Source: an uncultured delta proteobacterium (GTDB lineage Bacteria; Desulfobacterota; Binatia; UBA9968). Taken from it: a DNA stretch of 64,000 nucleotides. The position numbers and the translations under genes were made by a program. This document shows, piece after piece, positions 50,716 through 61,335 of the stretch (positions are counted from its first letter, which is position 1; every line of letters begins with the position of its first letter). Under the pieces are notes generated by a model. That model was not told the DNA's origin, searched no databases, and saw nothing but the letters and a program-made list of their open reading frames with translations. The stretch spans positions 141,487 through 205,486 of the forward strand of contig CAWJBB010000079.1 in the NCBI GenBank assembly GCA_963840855.1, written 5' to 3'.

Positions 50716-51753
50716 TTAGCTTTCTAAGGGTAAACTGACCGGCTGATGGCGCTCGGCGGAAAGATCGGCGGCCAAGGTCACTTCCATGACTTGCCGAGCT
50801 TGCTCGGGGGTGACCAGTACGGGACGGTCAAGCGCCACCGCCTCGACGAAGTGAACCGTCTCTGCCTCCATCGGTCCCTGGTAGACATGCGCCACTTGCT
50901 CGCCTGGCATCGTCGAGAGCGGTAAAACTATTCCGCCTTTCATCCTGTTCAGGATAATGTCGCGATGGCTGTCGTCGATGAGAAGCGCGCCTTCGGTCCC
51001 GACGAACTCGATCGTCGTTGTCGAGAAGTGCGGGTAGCCCGGCGGCAGCGCCCAGCCCGCGCCGATGGTGAAGACCGTTCCGTCTTCCATTGTCACCATA
51101 ATCCACTGGCAGTCGGGAACACCGTGCGTCTCCTGCATGATCCTATAGACGGCCTCGGAGTACACGCGAACCGGCTTCAGCCCTTCGAGGCACCAGAGGA
51201 TAAAATCGATATCGTGCGTCGCTTCCATCACGGCCGGTGAAAGCCGAATGCGCCCGCCGATCTTGTTGCCGATGGAGCGAGAAACATTGCGGCTAACCAG
51301 TGCGGTCACCGGCTGCCCGAGAGTTCCGTTTACCAAGCACTGCTTCACGTAAGCGTATTTCGGGTTGAACCGCTGCGTGTAGCCGATGGTAAATTTGAGT
51401 CCTTCTCTTTTTGCGATGGCCATTATTTCGTCCGCCTCTTTCAAAGCAAGTCCCATCGGCTTTTCCAACAAGGTGTGCTTGCGCGCCAGGAGACAATCTT
51501 TGGTGATCGGGTAGTGTGTGGTCTCCGGCGTGCTGCAAACGAAGATCGCGTCGATATCATCCCGGCGCAGAAGCTCGTGATAATCCGTCGTCGCTGTAGT
51601 CGCTCTGGTCTCTTCCCCGACCCGCGCGAGCTTCGCGGGATCGATCTCGGCGATGTGCACGCTCTCAACTAAAGGATGGTTGGCGCAGACTTTCGCGCGA
51701 ATTTCGCCGATCCATCCAGTACCGATGATTCCAACGTTGATCGTTCGGCTCAC
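50716..51753 (-). CDS. Gfo/Idh/MocA family oxidoreductase
   Basis: GIIGTGWIG, LEKP, GYTQRF, EATHDID. Confidence 0.92.
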   Translation of the reverse strand: MSRTINVGIIGTGWIGEIRAKVCANHPLVESVHIAEIDPAKLARVGEETRATTATTDYHELLRRDDIDAIFVCSTPETTHYPITKDCLLARKHTLLEKPMGLALKEADEIMAIAKREGLKFTIGYTQRFNPKYAYVKQCLVNGTLGQPVTALVSRNVSRSIGNKIGGRIRLSPAVMEATHDIDFILWCLEGLKPVRVYSEAVYRIMQETHGVPDCQWIMVTMEDGTVFTIGAGWALPPGYPHFSTTTIEFVGTEGALLIDDSHRDIILNRMKGGIVLPLSTMPGEQVAHVYQGPMEAETVHFVEAVALDRPVLVTPEQARQVMEVTLAADLSAERHQPVSLPLES

Positions 51754-52055
51754 GTTTGTAATCCTCCCTAAAGCGAGCGATACCTGTCCCCCAAGGGCTG
51801 TCAGGGCGGAACACTACGCCACATCCCTGGGCGGATCAAGCATCTGAGTCCCGTCGACAAGACCCGGAATCATATTGCACTTGCTGCGCGACCTGTAGTA
51901 GTAGGTTACCGACCGTCCTGGCACTTTTCTGAAGGATGAAGGTTGAGGAATGAAGGATGAAAAATGCACTTCTCCCTCCCACATTGTTACTAAGTCTCTT
52001 TTCTCCTTCCGCCTTCATACTTCATCCTCTTATAGTTATGGCAAAGGAGGCCGTT

Positions 52056-53012
52056 ATGATTTGGTCTAAAGGAATAGTGGCGCTCACATGGCTCGCAATT
52101 CTGATCTCGGGGGCCGTCGCAACCGCTCAGGAATTTCCGACCAAACCCGTAGAGCTCGTCCTGCCGTACGCGGCTGGCGGCTCTCACGATCTGACCGCGC
52201 GCGCGATGGCGAGCGTGGCTCACGATTACCTCGGCCAACCTTTGCTGGTCGTTTTGAAACCGGGTGGCGGCGGCGCCGTCGGGTCTCAACAGGTGATCAG
52301 AGCGAAGCCTGACGGCTACACGCTGGCATTAGGCGGCACAGGGCCCAATACCGTCTTCGCCATGGTCCAGAAGGCTCCCATCGGTCCTGATCAATTCACC
52401 TCTGTGGCCCGGATCAATCATAGCCCGACCATCTTTGCTGTCCGTGCGGAGGCGCCGTGGAAGAGCTTCCGCGAATTGATCGACTACGCCAAAAAGAATC
52501 CGGGAAAGTTCAACTTCGCTAACACGGGACCGTGGGGCGCGGCGGACCTGCCGATGAGGCTAATCGCGGGTAAAGCGGGGATCGACTATAACAATATCCC
52601 GCACGACGGCGGCGGTCCGGCGACACTCGCGGTGCTCGGCGGCCACGCCGACGCTACGTTTGGTTTCTCCCCACAGCTTTTGCCTCAGGTAGCGGCTGGG
52701 AAGATGCGCGCGCTGGCGATAACGGACACTAAGCGACACCGCGATTTTCCTAACGTACCGACGGTGAAAGAAGAAGGATTCGACGTGGTCTTCACGATGT
52801 GGCGCTCCGTGCTCGCACCCAAGGGAACACCGCAGCCGATCCTGGACAAGCTCGAAGCGACCTTCCGGAAAATCAGCGAGGATAAATCCTTCCAGGCCCT
52901 CATCAGAGGGCTGGGGGACGACATTCAGTTCCAGGGCGGAAAAGAGTTCGAGACTACCTGGCGCCAGGAGTGGGAGATGTTTTCTAAGGTTGTGACTGCC
53001 GTGCAAAAGTAG
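52056..53012 (+). CDS. tctC: Tripartite tricarboxylate transporter substrate-binding protein (TctC/Bug)
   Basis: FPTKPV-LVLPYAAGGSHD, KPGGGG, PDGYTL, PNVPT; GGAGG RBS. Confidence 0.9.
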   Translation: MIWSKGIVALTWLAILISGAVATAQEFPTKPVELVLPYAAGGSHDLTARAMASVAHDYLGQPLLVVLKPGGGGAVGSQQVIRAKPDGYTLALGGTGPNTVFAMVQKAPIGPDQFTSVARINHSPTIFAVRAEAPWKSFRELIDYAKKNPGKFNFANTGPWGAADLPMRLIAGKAGIDYNNIPHDGGGPATLAVLGGHADATFGFSPQLLPQVAAGKMRALAITDTKRHRDFPNVPTVKEEGFDVVFTMWRSVLAPKGTPQPILDKLEATFRKISEDKSFQALIRGLGDDIQFQGGKEFETTWRQEWEMFSKVVTAVQK

Positions 53013-53017
53013 CCGCG

Positions 53018-53458
53018 ATGGTCAGTCGCGATGTGGTGGTGGCCGGGCTAGCACTGGCGTTCGGAGCCGCGGCCATCGTTGAGTCCGCCAAACTACCGCT
53101 CGGAACAGTTCGCAACCCGGGACAGGGATTTTTTCCATGGTGGACTAGTGTCGTTATTGTTTTGCTCGCGATAGTCCTCCTGGCTCAAGCACTGACATCA
53201 CGTTCAAGGACCAGCCAACACACCCCCGGCCGGATTGCACAGGTGACTGCGCTTCTGCTCGTCCTTGCTGCGTACACCTTTCTGCTCGATTATCTTGGCT
53301 ATCTGATTTGCACGTTTCTTCTTGTCCTATTCATGCTGCGCGCGACAGATCCCCAACGGTGGACAGTCGCTGTCAGCATGGCATTGCTTACCGCTGTCGG
53401 TTCGTACGTAGTGTTTGCTATCTGGCTGAGCGTCCCGTTGCCGCGCGGGCCCCTCTAG
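53018..53458 (+). CDS. tctB: TTT small membrane subunit TctB
   Basis: PGQGFFP, four TM segments, LSVPLPRG end. Confidence 0.88.
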   Translation: MVSRDVVVAGLALAFGAAAIVESAKLPLGTVRNPGQGFFPWWTSVVIVLLAIVLLAQALTSRSRTSQHTPGRIAQVTALLLVLAAYTFLLDYLGYLICTFLLVLFMLRATDPQRWTVAVSMALLTAVGSYVVFAIWLSVPLPRGPL

Positions 53459-53576
53459 ATGTTGTCATCGTTCAAACCGTTCAAAGGGTTGAAACTAAGC
53501 GTAGCGCTTGAACGGAGCGCAGCGATTGAACAGCTTGAACGTTTGGAACTTTAAGCGCAAAGCGTATTGCTGAAGC

Positions 53577-55127
53577 ATGGATATCTTCACCAACCTCGCC
53601 ACCGGCTTCGCCGTCGCGCTAACACCGATCAATCTTCTCTACTGTTTACTGGGATCATTAATCGGTACAGCCATCGGCGTTCTGCCCGGTCTCGGACCGC
53701 CGGCAACCATTGCGCTGCTACTGCCGGTGACTTACGCAATTCCTGCTACCTCCGCTGTTATCCTGCTTGCCGGGATTTTCTACGGCGCAATGTACGGTGG
53801 CTCGACGACTTCGATCTTGCTAAACATTCCCGGAGAGGCGGCGTCCGTGGTCACCTGCTTAGATGGGTATCAAATGGCGCGCCAAGGTCGGGCTGGGGTA
53901 GCGCTCGCGATCTCGGCCTGCGCCTCTTTCATTGCCGGCACGCTCAGCATTGTCGGACTGATAATCCTTGCGCCGCCGCTCGCCGCCTTCGCCCTCAGGT
54001 TTGGACCGCCGGAGTATTTTGCTCTCCTCGTTCTCGGGCTCACGATGGTGGGCTATCTTGCCGGAGCCTCGATGACTAAAGGGCTCTTGATGGCTTGTGT
54101 GGGGCTCTTGCTAGGAACCGTCGGACTCGACCCGATCATGGGCACGCAGCGATTCACCTACGGAGTGTTCAAGCTCAGCGAAGGGTTTGAGTTCATTTTA
54201 GTCGCCATGGGACTCTTCGGCATCGGCGAAGTCCTCGTGAATCTCGAACAGACGATCAAGGCTGAAGTCTTTCAGACAAAGATACGCGGCCTCCTGCCGA
54301 AACGCGACGACTGGCGCGCTGCGGCCGCGCCGGTCGCTCGAGGGTCGTTGCTGGGATTTTTCGTCGGTGTTCTTCCCGGGGGCGGAGCTATTATCTCGTC
54401 GTTCATCTCATACGCGCTTGAGAAGAGATTCAGCAAGCATCCGGAGCGCTTCGGCAAAGGCGCCATCGAAGGAGTTGCAGCCCCCGAAGCGGCAAATAAC
54501 AGCGCCGCAACGAGCTCGTTCATTCCGCTCCTCACCCTCGGGATTCCAGGGAATGCCTCCATCGCGATGATCTTTGCCGCGCTATTAATTCACGGCGTCA
54601 GGCCCGGACCGTTGCTGATCACAGAAAAGCCGGAAGTATTCTGGGGGCTCATTGCCTCCATGTATGTCGGTAACATTGTGCTGCTGTTTTTAAACCTGCC
54701 ACTGATCGGGCTTTGGGTGAAGCTCCTTCGAGTTCCTTATCCATTTATGGCGCCGCTCATCCTGGTGTTTGTCATCATCGGCGCTTATAGCGTGAACAAC
54801 AGCATCTTCGATGTCGGCATCACCATCGGGTTTGGCTTTTTCGGATACATGATGCGAAAGTTTGCCTTCGAGCCCGCCCCACTGGTCTTGGCCATGATCC
54901 TGGGTCCTCAAGTCGAAGCCTCGCTGCGGCGCTCCTTGATCTACTCCAGAGGAGACCTCGGGATCTTTTTCGAGCGGCCCATCGCCGCTGTCCTGCTGGC
55001 GGTCGCGCTGCTGATGCTGCTCTCGCCAGTATTCCGCTCGGTGTTGAGCCGCAAATTTTTGGGGATTGTAACGCTGCCGTCTGAGGGAGACGCGGCAGGA
55101 GGCAAGTCCGATGTTACTTTGAAATAA
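53577..55127 (+). CDS. tctA: TTT large membrane subunit TctA
   Basis: GVLPGLG, YGGSTTSILLNIPG, PEAANN, LTLGIPG. Confidence 0.93.
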   Translation: MDIFTNLATGFAVALTPINLLYCLLGSLIGTAIGVLPGLGPPATIALLLPVTYAIPATSAVILLAGIFYGAMYGGSTTSILLNIPGEAASVVTCLDGYQMARQGRAGVALAISACASFIAGTLSIVGLIILAPPLAAFALRFGPPEYFALLVLGLTMVGYLAGASMTKGLLMACVGLLLGTVGLDPIMGTQRFTYGVFKLSEGFEFILVAMGLFGIGEVLVNLEQTIKAEVFQTKIRGLLPKRDDWRAAAAPVARGSLLGFFVGVLPGGGAIISSFISYALEKRFSKHPERFGKGAIEGVAAPEAANNSAATSSFIPLLTLGIPGNASIAMIFAALLIHGVRPGPLLITEKPEVFWGLIASMYVGNIVLLFLNLPLIGLWVKLLRVPYPFMAPLILVFVIIGAYSVNNSIFDVGITIGFGFFGYMMRKFAFEPAPLVLAMILGPQVEASLRRSLIYSRGDLGIFFERPIAAVLLAVALLMLLSPVFRSVLSRKFLGIVTLPSEGDAAGGKSDVTLK

Positions 55128-55170
55128 ATGGTGACGGGATGAGGAGAAGAACGACGTACAGGAGTGCACC

Positions 55171-56142
55171 ATGAGCTTTATGGTAGCGATCACAGACTAT
55201 GTCTTTTCTTCACTGGAGCCGGAACGCGCCGTGCTCGAACCGCTGGGTGTGGAATTACGTCCACAACAGTGCCGCACCGAGGAGGAGATTATCGCGCTGG
55301 TTGAGGATGCCGACGCTGTGCTGAACTGCTACGCGAAAATGACCGCGCGGGTGATCGAAGGGATGAAGCGCTGCCGGATTATCGCGCGTTACGGGATCGG
55401 CGTGGACAACGTGGATCTAGCCGCAGCGAGCAAGGCCCGAATCCTGGTGACCAATGTCCCGGATTATTGCATCGATGAAGTCTCCGATCATGCCCTAGCG
55501 CTGCTCCTGACGCTCGCGCGACGCATCGCCACGGCCAACGCAGCGGTGAAAGCCGGCGCTTGGGACGTCGTCGCCCACGCGGGAATTCGCCGGCTGCGCG
55601 GACAGACGCTGGGGCTGCTTGGTTTCGGCAAGATCGCCAAAGCGCTCGCGGCGAAGGCACAGCCTTTGGGAATGAAAGTGTTGGTGTACGATCCTTATGT
55701 CGAGCCCGCGCTGATCGCGCATCAGGGCGCGGAAGCCGCCAGCCTGGACAAGCTTCTTCTTGAGGCCGATGCGATCTCTATTCACGTGCCGCTCTCCCTG
55801 GAGACTCGTAACTTCATCGGGCAGAACCAGCTGGCACGCATGAAGCCAACCGCGTTCCTTATCAACACGTCACGGGGAGGAATCGTGGACGAGCAGGCTC
55901 TCGCTGCGGCACTTAAAGAAGGCAAGCTGGGCGGTGCTGCCCTCGACGTGCTCAGTACAGAGCCGCCGCCACCGGATCATCCACTCCGGCAAGCGCCGAA
56001 CATGATCCTGACGCCGCACCTCGCCTTCTACTCCCGCGAGTCAGTCGTAGAACTTCAGACCAAAGCCGCCGAAGAGGTGGCTCGTGCTCTCAAGGGCGAG
56101 CCGCCTCGATCACCGGTCAACCGCGAAGGTCTCACCGGCTGA
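55171..56142 (+). CDS. D-2-hydroxyacid dehydrogenase (CtBP-like) copy 1
   Basis: RYGIGVDN, NVPDYC, GFGKIA, NTSRG, PHLAF. Confidence 0.9.
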   Translation: MSFMVAITDYVFSSLEPERAVLEPLGVELRPQQCRTEEEIIALVEDADAVLNCYAKMTARVIEGMKRCRIIARYGIGVDNVDLAAASKARILVTNVPDYCIDEVSDHALALLLTLARRIATANAAVKAGAWDVVAHAGIRRLRGQTLGLLGFGKIAKALAAKAQPLGMKVLVYDPYVEPALIAHQGAEAASLDKLLLEADAISIHVPLSLETRNFIGQNQLARMKPTAFLINTSRGGIVDEQALAAALKEGKLGGAALDVLSTEPPPPDHPLRQAPNMILTPHLAFYSRESVVELQTKAAEEVARALKGEPPRSPVNREGLTG

Positions 56143-56354
56143 AGTTTGCTGGCACATTGGCACTCACCGTGCGATCTCTACCTCCTCTCCCTCGACGGGA
56201 GAGGAATGAGGTGAGGGTGAAAATTGAACTACCCCTCATCCTAGCCTTCTCCCGCAAGGGAGACAGTATCGCAATTCACTCGGAGCCCTTCGACAAGCTC
56301 AGGGCGAACGGGTAAGTACTTGAATTTACGATTAGGCAATACCGTTCGTGGTCG

Positions 56355-57410
56355 ATGACTAAAGGGCTCTTGATGGCCTGTGTGGGGCTCTTGCTCGGAA
56401 CCGTCGGACTCGATCCGATCATGGGCACGCAGCGATTCACCTACGGCATTTTCAAGCTCAGCGAGGGGTTCGAATTCATCCTCGTAGCGATGGGACTCTT
56501 CGGCATCGGAGAGATCCTCACGAACGTGGAACAGACGATCAAGTCTGAAGTCTTTCAGACAAAGATACGCGGCCTCCTGCCGAAACGCGACGACTGGCGC
56601 GCTGCGGCCGCGCCGATTGCACGAGGGTCGTTGCTGGGATTTTTCGTCGGTGTTCTTCCCGGGGGCGGAGCGATTATCTCGTCGTTCATCTCATACGCGC
56701 TTGAGAAGAGATTCAGCAAGCATCCGGAGCGCTTCGGCAAGGGCGCCATCGAAGGAGTTGCGGCCCCCGAAGCGGCAAATAACAGCGCCGCGACGAGCTC
56801 GTTCATTCCACTCCTCACCCTCGGGATTCCAGGGAATGCCTCCATCGCGATGATCTTTGCGGCGCTATTAATTCACGGCGTCAGGCCCGGACCGTTGTTG
56901 GTCACAGAAAAACCGGAAGTCTTCTGGGGGCTCGTTGCCTCCATGTATCTCGGTAACATGATGCTGCTGTTTTTAAACCTGCCACTGATCGGACTTTGGG
57001 TGAAGCTCCTTCGAGTTCCTTATCCATTTATGGCGCCTTTCATCCTGGTGTTTGTCATCATCGGCGCCTATAGCGTGAACAACAGCATCTTCGATGTCGG
57101 TATCACCATCGCGTTTGGCTTTTTCGGATACCTGATGCGAAAGTTTGCCTTCGAGCCCGCGCCATTGGTCTTGGCCATGATCCTCGGTCCCCAACTTGAA
57201 GCCTCGCTGCGGCGCTCCTTGATCTACTCCAGAGGAGACCTCGGGGTCTTTTTTGAGCGGCCCATCGCCGCTGTCCTGCTGGCGGTCGCGCTGCTGATGC
57301 TGCTCTCGCCTGTATTCCGCTGGGTGTTGAGCCGCAAATTTTTGGGGATTGTAGCGCCGCCGTCTGAGAGAGACGCGGCAGGAGGCAAGTCCGATGTCAC
57401 TTTGAAATAA
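56355..57410 (+). pseudogene. tctA: 5'-truncated TctA copy (first 165 codons missing)
   Basis: Starts at the internal MTKGLL of tctA. Confidence 0.85.
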
Positions 57411-57453
57411 ATGGTGACGGGATGAGGAGAAGAACGACGCACAGGAGTGCACC

Positions 57454-58503
57454 ATGAGCTTTATTGTAGCGATCACAGACTATGTCTTTCCTTCACTGGA
57501 GCCGGAACGCGCCGTGCTCGAGCCGCTGGGTGTGGAATTGCGTCCACAACAGTGCCGCACCGAGGAGGAGATTATCGCGCTGGTTGAGGATGCCGACGCT
57601 GTGCTGAACTGCTACGCGAAAATGACCGCGCGGGTGATCGAAGGGATGAAGCGCTGTCGCATTATCGCGCGTTACGGGATCGGCGTGGACAACGTGGATC
57701 TAGCCGCAGCGAGCAAGGCCCGAATCCTGGTGACCAACGTCCCGGATTACTGCATCGATGAAGTCTCCGATCATGCCCTGGCGCTGCTCCTGGCGCTGGC
57801 GCGGCGCATCGCCGCTGCCGACGTAGCAGTGAAAGCCGGCGCTTGGGACGTCGTCCCCCACGCGGGAATTCGCCGGCTGCGCGGACAGACGCTGGGGCTG
57901 CTTGGTTTCGGCAAGATCGCCAAAGCGCTCGCGGCGAAGGCACAGCCTTTGGGAATGAAAGTGCTGGTGTACGATCCTTATGTCGAGCCCGCGCTGATCG
58001 CGCATCAGGGAGCGCAAGCCGCCAGCCTGGACAAGCTTCTTCTTGAAGCCGATGCCATCTCTATTCACGTGCCGCTTTCCCCGGAGACTCGTAACTTGAT
58101 CGGGCCGAACGAGCTGGCGCGCATGAAGCCAACCGCGTTCCTCATCAACACGTCACGGGGAGGAATCGTGGACGAGCAGGCTCTCGCCGCGGCGCTTAAA
58201 GAAGGCAAGCTGGGCGGGGCCGCCCTCGACGTGCTCAGTGTCGAGCCGCCGCCACCGGATCATCCGCTCCGGCAAGCGCCGAACATGATCCTCACTCCAC
58301 ATCTCGCCTTCTACTCTCGCGAGTCAGTCGTAGAACTTCAGACCAAAGCCGCTGAAGAGGTGGCGCGCGCTCTCAAGGGCGAGCCGCCTCGATCACCGGT
58401 GAACCGCGAAGTTCTCAGGCAGTTGAAGTGCTTATATGTGGCTTTCAGGGTAATCTGCTTTGGTATTCAGAGTGGAAACCCCTCAGTCTTCGGCGGGAAG
58501 TAG
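57454..58503 (+). CDS. D-2-hydroxyacid dehydrogenase (CtBP-like) copy 2
   Basis: Paralog of 55171..56142 with a different C-terminus. Confidence 0.88.
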   Translation: MSFIVAITDYVFPSLEPERAVLEPLGVELRPQQCRTEEEIIALVEDADAVLNCYAKMTARVIEGMKRCRIIARYGIGVDNVDLAAASKARILVTNVPDYCIDEVSDHALALLLALARRIAAADVAVKAGAWDVVPHAGIRRLRGQTLGLLGFGKIAKALAAKAQPLGMKVLVYDPYVEPALIAHQGAQAASLDKLLLEADAISIHVPLSPETRNLIGPNELARMKPTAFLINTSRGGIVDEQALAAALKEGKLGGAALDVLSVEPPPPDHPLRQAPNMILTPHLAFYSRESVVELQTKAAEEVARALKGEPPRSPVNREVLRQLKCLYVAFRVICFGIQSGNPSVFGGK

Positions 58504-58650
58504 ATGCAGGAGTCGTCACTCCGCGTGAAGCGGGAGTCCAGAGCAGAGCGAGAAATCTTTCTGGCTTTCCGTTGATACGGGAGCGACTGTAAACGCAAAA
58601 TCACGCGTGTCGAAAACTCTGCCGGAGCGGCGACTGTTGTTATAGGAAAT

Positions 58651-59058
58651 TCATAAAGTTTTTCTTTTGGCCTCCTCGAAGCGCTTCTCCGCTTCTTCGG
58701 CACCCTCTGCCTTGTTGTAGTCCTGATCTAAATCGCCGTCTCCCGCGGGACTCTTCACCGTAAAGAAAACCGCTGGGCCGCCGATGGCGCGGCTTCTATG
58801 GTTGGTAAAGCGGGGAATATGGATCAAGTCTCCTGCCTCGCAGATACGCTCTTCGTCACCGAGGACGAAGTGAAGCTTCCCCTCAATGACCAGAGTGAAT
58901 TGTTCCTCGTTCGGGTGCATGTGAAGCGGCGGGCCTTCCTCGTCCGGCTTGGTCACGATGCCCGCCTTCATAAATTCGCCAACAGCGGTTTGAACGAACT
59001 GCTGTGGGTTTGCCGTAGCGGGATTTTTTTGCATCTCGGCAATCTTGTAAAAAGGCAT
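58651..59058 (-). CDS. Cupin domain protein
   Basis: PLHMHPNEEQ, GDLIHIP...H; GGAGG RBS before MPFYK. Confidence 0.88.
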   Translation of the reverse strand: MPFYKIAEMQKNPATANPQQFVQTAVGEFMKAGIVTKPDEEGPPLHMHPNEEQFTLVIEGKLHFVLGDEERICEAGDLIHIPRFTNHRSRAIGGPAVFFTVKSPAGDGDLDQDYNKAEGAEEAEKRFEEAKRKTL

Positions 59059-59123
59059 TTTTATTCCTCCTATTCTCATTCTGAGAATCGATTGGATGAC
59101 GGTGGTCGAATTCGTTGGGCTCT

Positions 59124-60137
59124 TTAACCTCCGAACTTGATGTGCTTGACCATTTCCTGCTGGACCTCGGGTGGCTGGTTGAGTATAGCGCTGATGCCCT
59201 TCTCCACCACTTCCGCTGAAATGTGTTGAAAATCGATTTGAGCCTTTCGAGCGTCGGCTTCCAGCTCCGGGTCTTTGAGTGCCTTCGCAATCGCTTCTCT
59301 AAGGAGGGCGGCGCGATCGCCCGGGATTCCCGGAGGCGCGGCAAGCGGCCGACCGATGGCAAGAGGAGCTGTTTTGATCGACATCAGCGCCTTACCAACC
59401 GGGCTTGTAGTAAGACTCTCGTCCACCGGGAGGTGATCGAATCCCGGCGACGACACCCGAGCGCGGACGAGAGGGCGCACCGTCCCGCGCTGAGCCACGG
59501 GACGTACAGTGGCGGCGAAGGCGGCCCAAACATCGACCTCCTTGCGTTCAATGGCTAACAGGATGTCGGAGTTCGCGGGATAGCCGGAGACGAACTTAAA
59601 TTTCGCGCCGGCAAATTCCTTGAGCAGCAAGGGAAAGTCGTGCGCGTTCGACCCCGGCCCGGTGGTTCCCACCACCAGTTCGCGGTCGGCCTTCCGCAGC
59701 TCTTCAAAGCTCTTGTAGGGAAGGTCCGAGCGGATGGTGAGCACTACGCCGTCCGAACCCGATGAGCCGAGCCACTCAAATTTTCTCACGTCGAAGCGCA
59801 CCCCCTCGACCTTGATAAGCTGAGCGATCGCGATGTTAGGATTGGCGGCTAGTAGGGTTAAGCCGTCCGGCCGGGCGGTATTGAAAACATGATTTGAGGC
59901 GACGATGTGCGCTCCTCCCAGCATGCTTTGAACGACCACCGTCGGGTTGCCGGGGATGTACTTTCCGAGCTGGCGGGCGATGATCCTTGCGGCGACGATG
60001 CTGCCGCCGCTCGCGGTGCCGATCACGATCGTGATTGTCTTGCCTTCATAGAACGGCGCCTGCGCCCACGCGGTTGCGAGAAGAAACGGTATGATCGCCA
60101 ATCCGACGAGAATGCCAATGATTCGCTTGCGTTGCAT
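59124..60137 (-). CDS. Bug/TctC-like substrate-binding protein
   Basis: Own RBS (CAGGAGG) and signal peptide MQRKR...AWA|QAPFYEGKTI; PDGLTL. Confidence 0.8.
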   Translation of the reverse strand: MQRKRIIGILVGLAIIPFLLATAWAQAPFYEGKTITIVIGTASGGSIVAARIIARQLGKYIPGNPTVVVQSMLGGAHIVASNHVFNTARPDGLTLLAANPNIAIAQLIKVEGVRFDVRKFEWLGSSGSDGVVLTIRSDLPYKSFEELRKADRELVVGTTGPGSNAHDFPLLLKEFAGAKFKFVSGYPANSDILLAIERKEVDVWAAFAATVRPVAQRGTVRPLVRARVSSPGFDHLPVDESLTTSPVGKALMSIKTAPLAIGRPLAAPPGIPGDRAALLREAIAKALKDPELEADARKAQIDFQHISAEVVEKGISAILNQPPEVQQEMVKHIKFGG

Positions 60138-60183
60138 CGTGGCCTCCTGTCTGCTGTAATTAGATATAGAGGTTGGTATTAGA

Positions 60184-61172
60184 TCACCGCGGGCCTTCTG
60201 CATGAACTCCGGACGAAGCGCCTTGTTCCAGTCCGGAATCCCGCTGATCTTTTTTTCCTTGAGTAAACCTTCCGCGATTTGCTGCAGATAGGGCCGCACG
60301 CCCGTCGGGAAGCCGGGCTCCACTTCGACATTCGCCAACGCCTTGTTAAAGGTTTCGCGGGACATCTTGTAGCCCTTTGATGTGAAGAAACCGTAAATGA
60401 CCTCTCCCACCTTGGCGGGATTCTGTTTGAAGTCCTTACCCACATCGAGCCAGGCTTTCAAGTAGTCCACCACCGTTGTCGGATTTTTCTCGATAAACTC
60501 CGGCGTGGCGGCCATGAAGACCGGCATCGGATCATAGTCATGCAAGCTCACCACCGTGGTGGCAATCCCTTCGGCCTCGGCGATCGAGCAGTAAGGGTCA
60601 ACACTGACGAACGCGTCGATGGATTTGGCGGCCGCCGCGGCCACCATTTCGTTCACGTTCATTTTGACTTCCTGGTAGTCTTCCTTTTTCAGCCCAGCGC
60701 GCGGTGCGATGATGTCCACGAACGTGTTGCCCGTCGAGGAGCCCACCTGGTTGCCAATCTTCATCCCTTTGAGCTCCGCTACCTTGGTGACCTTCAGCTC
60801 CTTCCGCGCCATCACACGCGCGGTCTTCCCCACCTGCTCGATCTGCGCGATCGCGACGAGCCCGCCCTTGTCGTAACCGGTCACGAACGATTGGCCGGCG
60901 TAGGTCCCAAGATCCACCTGGCGCGCCACCATCTGTTGCATGGTCAGATTCCCCGACGGAACGGCGAACTCTTCGAATTTGAGACCGCGCTTTTCAAGCG
61001 CGCCCGAGCGGAGCAGATAATATGTGGGCATTCCCCAGATATTGGTCTGGTACCCCTGGCGAATAGTCGTGGCCTGGGCAAAGAGAACTTCAGGCCTTAG
61101 AACACCTGCGGCCAGAAGGCCGCTACCCGAAAGAATCAGGAACTCACGTCGGGTCAACGCTCTCTGTTCCAT
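60184..61172 (-). CDS. Tat-exported SsuA/TauA-like ABC substrate-binding protein
   Basis: TRREFL Tat motif, LKGMKIG, NPTTV; a TGA at 60184 is out of frame by one base. Confidence 0.8.
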
Positions 61173-61335
61173 TGGCTTTCCTTCCTTTCAATTTTTGACT
61201 TTGGATGCTTCGACCTTGCTCAGTACAGGTTTTTTTTAGATTATTGCCGAAACAAGACTTTAACCAGGATGCTTGTTCACGTGATTGTCTTCCTCAATCT
61301 AGAATCAAAAGCGGCCCGCAGACGGCAATCCAAAA

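Larger units (their letters stand above)
54069..58417. repeat. Tandem duplication at offset 2283 (54069..56134 vs 56352..58417)
   Basis: 3' tctA plus dehydrogenase repeated with scattered substitutions; REP-rich spacer at 56143..56350. Confidence 0.93.

Noticed and set aside
45615-53555. Short 7-8-mer tandem tracts (45615..45675, 51930..52030, 53470..53550)
   Set aside because: Degenerate intergenic simple repeats with no unique spacers or linked gene.
59124-61172. 682-aa fusion of an ABC SBP and a Bug protein
   Set aside because: The second half has its own RBS and signal peptide, and a TGA at 60184 is one base out of frame; most likely an indel error joining two genes.
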